The notes under the pieces: model-generated
Told to the model about the DNA's origin: nothing
The model's input: only the letters and a program-made list of their open reading frames with translations
Database searches by the model: none
In this document: positions 58,960 through 64,000 of the stretch, piece by piece
Layout of the letters: every line of letters begins with the position of its first letter
Position numbering within the stretch: the first letter of the stretch is position 1
Made by a program: the position numbers and the translations under genes
Source: an uncultured Planctomycetia bacterium
Lineage (GTDB): Bacteria; Omnitrophota; Gorgyraeia; Tantalellales; Tantalellaceae
Assembly (NCBI GenBank): GCA_964527765.1
Contig: CAZGQR010000001.1
Location: 182,353 to 246,352 of the forward strand
Direction of reading: 5' to 3'
Length of the DNA: 64,000 nucleotides

Positions 58960-59796
58960 CTATGTCCCTATGCGGACAGTGTCGAAATATCCTTCAAGTG
59001 AAGCGATGGCTGCCAGAACAGCAAGATAGCTTGTCCCGGGATTACCGGGGGAGGGCACGTTTTCGGCACGCGTTGTGAGGGTTCCCGCCTTGCTTTTGAC
59101 CTCTATTTCATGCGTGTTTTTCGTATATTCGCCAGAGACCACTATTTTGACCCTGGTGTTTTCGGCGCCTATGCCGGCCAATGAAAGAAGCGCGGAAACG
59201 TTGATATTTTTCGGAAAACCTTTTATCGCATCCAGCGCACTACCCTCGAAAATAACGGTCTCGTCCGTTATCGTTTCCACGTCGATGCCTTTCTCTGAAA
59301 GATACGGCGCTCCTTTAACGGACCGGGGCGGCTTGCGTGTAGTGAGGGTCACGCTCTCGATACCCGCAAGTCCCGCGGACTTTAAGGCGTCAATGCCGGC
59401 AACGGCCCCGGACGGAAGGATCAATCTTATGTTCTTTTCCCGTACTTCGGCAAGAAGGCCTTCGTTGCCTATGAATCCTCCTATGCTCATGACCATGACA
59501 TCCTTCCCCTGCCCCAGAGCCGCTTTCACGAGATCCGGCACGACCTGGGGGGAAGCGGCTTCTATTATAAGGTCCGCTTTTTTCAGTGTTTCTTCCGCGC
59601 TGTTCGCGACCACAGCGTTCTGAATTTTTTCCGCGAGCACTTCGGCCTTGCGGATATCGCTATCGCAAAGAATTATTTCCGCAATAATTTTTGTCAGGCT
59701 CTTCCCCGCATGTTCGGCAAGAGCTGATCCTATAACGCCGCACCCGACAATCCCTATAATTTTTTTGCTCATGCTTGAACCCCTGGTTTTGTACAT
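58960..59796 (-). CDS. nadX: L-aspartate dehydrogenase
   Basis: Rossmann GIVGCGVIGS. C-terminal block ENVPSPGNPGTSYLAVLAAIASL matches the NadX signature. Adjacent nadA. The first ATG (leaderless) versus MSKKIIG start is unresolved. Confidence 0.8.
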   Translation of the reverse strand: MYKTRGSSMSKKIIGIVGCGVIGSALAEHAGKSLTKIIAEIILCDSDIRKAEVLAEKIQNAVVANSAEETLKKADLIIEAASPQVVPDLVKAALGQGKDVMVMSIGGFIGNEGLLAEVREKNIRLILPSGAVAGIDALKSAGLAGIESVTLTTRKPPRSVKGAPYLSEKGIDVETITDETVIFEGSALDAIKGFPKNINVSALLSLAGIGAENTRVKIVVSGEYTKNTHEIEVKSKAGTLTTRAENVPSPGNPGTSYLAVLAAIASLEGYFDTVRIGT

Positions 59797-59850
59797 AAAA
59801 GTAAAAATATAGGGACCGGTTCAGACCATAGATTATGCTACTGCAGTGAA

Positions 59851-59865
59851 CCTGTCCCGCCTTTC
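59851..59865 (-). promoter_or_regulatory. recurrent motif instance C
   Basis: 4 nt after the nadA stop. 43 nt upstream of TTTTTACTTTTATG at the nadX first ATG. Confidence 0.3.
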
Positions 59866-59869
59866 AGCC

Positions 59870-60808
59870 CTACTGCGCCACTTCAAGCATTCTCTTCAGC
59901 GCCCTGCGCGCTTTTTCTGCCGTCTTTCCCGGCACTTCGATCCTGTAGACCATCTTCTCGAGAGACCTGGCGAGCCAGCCAAGGGTCGTAAGCTTCATGT
60001 TGGCGCAGATAAATTGATCTGTGGGGATATAAAATTTCTTGTCCGGATTATCCCGTTTTAATTTATAAACGATACCCATCTCTGTCCCCACGATGAATTC
60101 CCCTGCCGGGCTTTGCTTGACATATTTTATCATGCCGGCGGTGCTTCCTATATAGTCCGCCAGTTCAAGCACTTCTTTGCGGCATTCGGGGTGCGCTATG
60201 AATTCCGCGCGAGGATGGAGTTTCTTTGTCTTGATCACATTTTCCCTGATCAATCGCATGTGCACGGTGCAGTATCCATCCCAGAGAATAAGTTCTTTTT
60301 CCGGAACCTGCTCGGCGACATAACGACCGAGGTTCCTGTCGGGAACGAATAACACTCTGTTCTCTTTCAACGACCTTACCACCTGGACCGCGTTGGAGGA
60401 AGTACAGCATATATCGCTTTCCGCCTTGACCGCCGCCGTGGAATTGACATAACACACCACGGCCGCATCGGGATACTCTTCTTTTTTGTTCCTGAGCTTT
60501 TCAGCCGTAGCCATATCCGCGAGAGGGCATCCCGCTTCTTCCACGGGGAGAAGCACTGTCTTGTCGGGACTGAGCATATAAGCACTTTCTGCCATGAACC
60601 TCACGCCGCAGAATACAACGACTTTTTCCCCGGCTTTGGTGATCCTGCGGGCAAGAGCGTAAGAATCTCCGGTAATGTCGGCGATCTCCTGCACTTCGTC
60701 ACGCTGATAATTATGCGCGACTATAAGCGCCCCTCTCTCCTTCTTCAGGTCCAGTATCTTCCTCCTGAGGTGCTCTTTATACTTCTGGTCAAACTCGGGT
60801 TTCAGCAT
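59870..60808 (-). CDS. nadA: quinolinate synthase
   Basis: 312 aa. Three conserved Cys for the Fe-S cluster. NadA-typical HNYQ and HPEC motifs. Confidence 0.85.
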   Translation of the reverse strand: MLKPEFDQKYKEHLRRKILDLKKERGALIVAHNYQRDEVQEIADITGDSYALARRITKAGEKVVVFCGVRFMAESAYMLSPDKTVLLPVEEAGCPLADMATAEKLRNKKEEYPDAAVVCYVNSTAAVKAESDICCTSSNAVQVVRSLKENRVLFVPDRNLGRYVAEQVPEKELILWDGYCTVHMRLIRENVIKTKKLHPRAEFIAHPECRKEVLELADYIGSTAGMIKYVKQSPAGEFIVGTEMGIVYKLKRDNPDKKFYIPTDQFICANMKLTTLGWLARSLEKMVYRIEVPGKTAEKARRALKRMLEVAQ

Positions 60809-61665
60809 ATATGTTCCTCGCGACGAATCACCACATTATCGATCAGCCTCGTACCCCCCACAAAAACAGCTACCGCTATCAACGTATTGTTTTTCACTGT
60901 TTCAAGCGGAGCGAGATTCTCCGCATCTACTATCTCGACATAATCTATCCGGACGTCTTTGCCTTTCCTCAGGTTCTTTTCCATCTCCTCTTTGATCCGC
61001 TTGGCCGAGATATCCCCGCCGGCCACCATCTCTTTCGCCCGTTCCAGGGAAAGGAAAAGCCCCAGCGCCTGCCTCCTCTCGTCCACGGAAAGATAGGTAT
61101 TGCGTGAGCTCATTGCCAGGCCGTCCTCTTCCCGGATTATCGGCATCACGCGTATCTCGAGTGGTATGTTCAGGTCCTTGACCATACGTTTCACGACAGC
61201 GGCCTGCTGAGCGTCTTTCTGTCCGAAATAGCTTACGTGCGGCTGTACAATATCAAAAAGTTTCGCGACAACGGTAGTAACTCCCCTGAAATGGCCCGGC
61301 CTGGATCTCCCGCACAAGGTCTCTGTAAGAGGCCCTGTAACCTCAACATAAGTAATAGAACCTTCCGGGTACATTTCCCCGGCGGAAGGCGCAAAGATAA
61401 CATCAGCCCCCTCTTCCCCGGCAAGGCGCTTGTCCCTTTCCATATCACGCGGATATTCGCTAAAATCTTCACCGGGCGCGAACTGGGTCGGGTTGACGAA
61501 GATGCTGACAACAACGATGTCGCATTCTTCCCGTGCCGCCCTGACAAGGCTGAGGTGCCCCCCGTGCAGATAACCCATGGTGGGGACAAAACCGATAGTT
61601 TTGCCTTCCTGCCTCGCCTTGCGCGAGTAATCTCTCATCCCGTCAATTGTCGTGATTATTTGCAT
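60802..61665 (-). CDS. panC: pantoate--beta-alanine ligase
   Basis: 287 aa. [14 protein letters not shown]-type motif. Confidence 0.9.
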   Translation of the reverse strand: MQIITTIDGMRDYSRKARQEGKTIGFVPTMGYLHGGHLSLVRAAREECDIVVVSIFVNPTQFAPGEDFSEYPRDMERDKRLAGEEGADVIFAPSAGEMYPEGSITYVEVTGPLTETLCGRSRPGHFRGVTTVVAKLFDIVQPHVSYFGQKDAQQAAVVKRMVKDLNIPLEIRVMPIIREEDGLAMSSRNTYLSVDERRQALGLFLSLERAKEMVAGGDISAKRIKEEMEKNLRKGKDVRIDYVEIVDAENLAPLETVKNNTLIAVAVFVGGTRLIDNVVIRREEHIC

Positions 61666-61712
61666 CGTATAAAAGTAAAAACGCGCGGGGGCGGTCTATT
61701 CCCGGCCTTACC

Positions 61713-62213
61713 CTACTGCCGTAGGCCTGTCCCGCCTTTCACTTCCTTATCACCCTTCACCTGTCCGTACAATTCCGCTGCTGTCCTGCCAAGCAGGGGG
61801 TGCATGACCTCGGGGGCGATCTCCGCAAGACCGCGCAGAACAAAATACCTCTCATGCATCCTGGGATGCGGAATATCAAGCCTGCCGGTCTTCAGCACCA
61901 GACTGCCATAGAGAAGGATGTCGATATCGATGACCCGCGGATGGTTTCGTGCTCCGGTTGTCCCGCGCCCCATATCTTTTTCAATATCCTTGAGAACGCC
62001 AAGAAATTTCTCTGGTGGGATCTCTGTCTCGACCTTCAGGACGCCATTCAGATAATTCTCCTGCGGCGGGCCGCCTACGGAACGCGTCTGGTAAAAACGC
62101 GAACGCGTTATTATCCTTATACCTTCGGCCGTTTGCAGGCGCCTGACCGCTTCATTGCAATTTGACTCTTTATCACCGATGTTTGACCCTAAGCCAAGGT
62201 AAGCAACAGACAT
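61713..62213 (-). CDS. folK: 2-amino-4-hydroxy-6-hydroxymethyldihydropteridine pyrophosphokinase
   Basis: 166 aa. LGLGSNIGD and IDIDILLYG HPPK motifs. The last codons read through the recurrent GAAAGGCGGGACAGG motif. Confidence 0.8.
   Translation of the reverse strand: MSVAYLGLGSNIGDKESNCNEAVRRLQTAEGIRIITRSRFYQTRSVGGPPQENYLNGVLKVETEIPPEKFLGVLKDIEKDMGRGTTGARNHPRVIDIDILLYGSLVLKTGRLDIPHPRMHERYFVLRGLAEIAPEVMHPLLGRTAAELYGQVKGDKEVKGGTGLRQ
61726..61740 (-). promoter_or_regulatory. recurrent motif instance D
   Basis: Within the last codons of folK (encodes KGGTGL). 44 nt upstream of TTTTTACTTTTATACG-ATG of panC. Confidence 0.3.
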
Positions 62214-62214
62214 T

Positions 62215-63384
62215 TTAGCTGAAAAATATTTTCTTTACGCGATCCACCGCTTCTTTCAGTTTATCCGATCCCACGGTGAGCGCCATGCGGACGTAACCTT
62301 CCCCGGACTTGCCGAAACCGCTTCCGGGAGTAATGACGATATCGGCCTTCTCCAGAAAAGCCCTTGCCAGGGAGGCCGAATCGTATCCTCCGAACACCGG
62401 AGCCCATACATAAAAAGTGGCCAGGGGCTTCGGGATCTTCCAGCCGGCCCCGTTCAGCCCATCTACGAGCACATCACGCCTTTCGGCGTACATCCTGTTG
62501 AAGTTCCCCTTCACTTCACCGCTGCGTTTAAGGGACTCGATGGCGGCTACCTGAACGGCGGTAAAAATGCCGGAATCCACGTTGGACTTGACTTTAGCCA
62601 GGCCTTCCAGCACTTCAGCGTTACCGACAGCCATACCGACTCTCCATCCGGTCATGTTGAACGTCTTGGAAAGAGAATGAAATTCTATGCCTACATCCTT
62701 CGCCCCGGGGACTTCGAGGAAACTCGGCGGCGTATACCCGTCAAAGCTTATCTCCGTATATGCCGCATCGGAGCACACGATGATATCGTTCTCTTTCGCG
62801 AAAGCGACAACTTCCTCGTAAAACGCCCTGTCGCACACTGCCGCTGTAGGGTTATTGGGATAATTTATGTGCATCAGTTTGCACTTTTTGGCAACTTTCT
62901 TATCGATCGCCGCCAGGTCGATCAGAAATTCATTCTCAGCGCGAAGCGGCATAAAATGCGGCTTGCCCCCGGCAAATACGGTACCGGAATTATACGGCGG
63001 GTACCCCGGATCGGGAATGAGCACCTCATCTCCCGGATTGATAAAAGCCAGAGGAATATGCGAGATCCCGTCCTTTGATCCCAGAAGAGGTAATATTTCA
63101 GTATCCGGATCAAGGTCCACATCGAACCGGGACTTATACCAGCTGGTCATCTCTTCTCTTAAGCCCCGCAATCCTTTATTGAGGGCGTACTTGTGGGTCG
63201 CGGGATCGCGGCTGGCTTCCTGAAGTTTTTCAACGATGAAATCCGGTGTCGGACTGTCGGGGTCGCCTACCCCCAGATCAATGATCGGTCGGCCTTCTCT
63301 GACCGCTTTCTGCTTGGCCTTATCTATTTCCGCGAATAGATACGGCGGCAGCTTCTTCAATCTCTCCGCATACTCAATATTCAT
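62215..63384 (-). CDS. class I/II PLP aminotransferase, likely LL-diaminopimelate aminotransferase
   Basis: 389 aa. PLP lysine region SLSKTFNMTGWRVG. Directly downstream of dapB. Confidence 0.6.
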   Translation of the reverse strand: MNIEYAERLKKLPPYLFAEIDKAKQKAVREGRPIIDLGVGDPDSPTPDFIVEKLQEASRDPATHKYALNKGLRGLREEMTSWYKSRFDVDLDPDTEILPLLGSKDGISHIPLAFINPGDEVLIPDPGYPPYNSGTVFAGGKPHFMPLRAENEFLIDLAAIDKKVAKKCKLMHINYPNNPTAAVCDRAFYEEVVAFAKENDIIVCSDAAYTEISFDGYTPPSFLEVPGAKDVGIEFHSLSKTFNMTGWRVGMAVGNAEVLEGLAKVKSNVDSGIFTAVQVAAIESLKRSGEVKGNFNRMYAERRDVLVDGLNGAGWKIPKPLATFYVWAPVFGGYDSASLARAFLEKADIVITPGSGFGKSGEGYVRMALTVGSDKLKEAVDRVKKIFFS

Positions 63385-63408
63385 CCGATCCTCTTTCGCC
63401 TTTCAGTG

Positions 63409-64000
63409 TTATTTTAATCCCAGCACGTCCGCCATGCTGTACAAGCCGGTTTTTCTCCCCGACACGAACCGTGCTGCTTTAATAGCCCCGGCGGCGAACA
63501 CATCCCGGCTCTTGGCATCATGCCGTATCTCAAGCTTCTCGTATTTACCGTCAAAGACGACCCCGTGATTGCCTATGACTTCCCCCTCCCTGAACGCCTC
63601 TATGGGAACATCCCCGCCGGTGATCTCACTGATCGCTCTTGCTATCATCTTGGCCGTCCCGCTGGGAGAATCCTTCTTATGGACATGGTGCGTTTCATCT
63701 ATCCTCACGTTGAAATCATGCCCCAGAACGCGGGCAGCTTCCCGCACTATATTGAAAAGAAGGTTCACCCCCACGGCCATGTTAGGGGAGAACACTACCG
63801 GGATCTTCTCTGCCGCCTGCCTGATCTTTTTCTCGCCTTCGGCATCCAGCCCGGTAGTCCCTATGACCATCGCTACTCCGCTGCTGCTGCAGGCCTCCAC
63901 GTGTTCCAGCGTGGCAGCCGGTGAGCTGAACTCTACAAGGCAGTCCACGCCGCGACAGGCCTTTTCCGCATCTGAAGTGATCTTTATCCCGAGCTCCCCG
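63409..64000 (-). CDS. dapB: 4-hydroxy-tetrahydrodipicolinate reductase, 5' end beyond window
   Basis: The visible 179 aa correspond to the central and C-terminal DapB region (E.HH..K.D.PSGTA). The reading frame stays open to the window edge. Confidence 0.75.
   Translation of the reverse strand, partial: GELGIKITSDAEKACRGVDCLVEFSSPAATLEHVEACSSSGVAMVIGTTGLDAEGEKKIRQAAEKIPVVFSPNMAVGVNLLFNIVREAARVLGHDFNVRIDETHHVHKKDSPSGTAKMIARAISEITGGDVPIEAFREGEVIGNHGVVFDGKYEKLEIRHDAKSRDVFAAGAIKAARFVSGRKTGLYSMADVLGLK

Overview
This 64-kb window comes from a Gram-negative-type bacterium (it has lpxA and a beta-barrel outer membrane protein) with about 50% GC. Coding is almost entirely on the minus strand; only two genes are on the plus strand (a glycoside hydrolase and a nitroreductase). 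Most loci are housekeeping. These include a UvrD-helicase/Cas4-like nuclease next to a YhaM-like OB-HD nuclease, and a greA + metallophosphoesterase + metY-cysK-metX-metW (direct sulfhydrylation) block. Also present are PIN-PhoH2 with a flavodoxin, ttcA, two M48 peptidases, lpxA, a multi-PAS histidine kinase, tRNA-Arg(CCT), an RpoD-family sigma factor, ppdK, glyQS, recO, a dgkA-PAP2 fusion, ybeY, a 7TM-HD protein, phoH, aspS, hisS, HU, dnaE, an IMPDH-family gene, a Na/Pi-PhoU transporter and nadX-nadA-panC-folK-dapL-dapB. The non-coding highlights are: (1) two homologous ~160-bp palindromic structured elements with compensatory base-pair substitutions, in direct orientation flanking a two-gene segment at 29.8-31.2 kb; (2) a recurring 15-nt motif (CCTGTCCCGCCTTTC on the + strand) at five gene junctions, about 40 nt upstream of a TTTTTACTTTTAT-like box abutting apparently leaderless starts; (3) a 3x tandem 23-bp repeat sharing the GGGACAGG core; (4) a 591-bp internal tandem duplication in a HEAT-repeat gene; (5) an attenuator-like leader ahead of the glycoside hydrolase gene. 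I also placed several sigma70-like promoters and intrinsic terminators by eye. I saw no rRNA, CRISPR array or transposase gene. All calls come from reading the sequence and motif memory; no searches were run.
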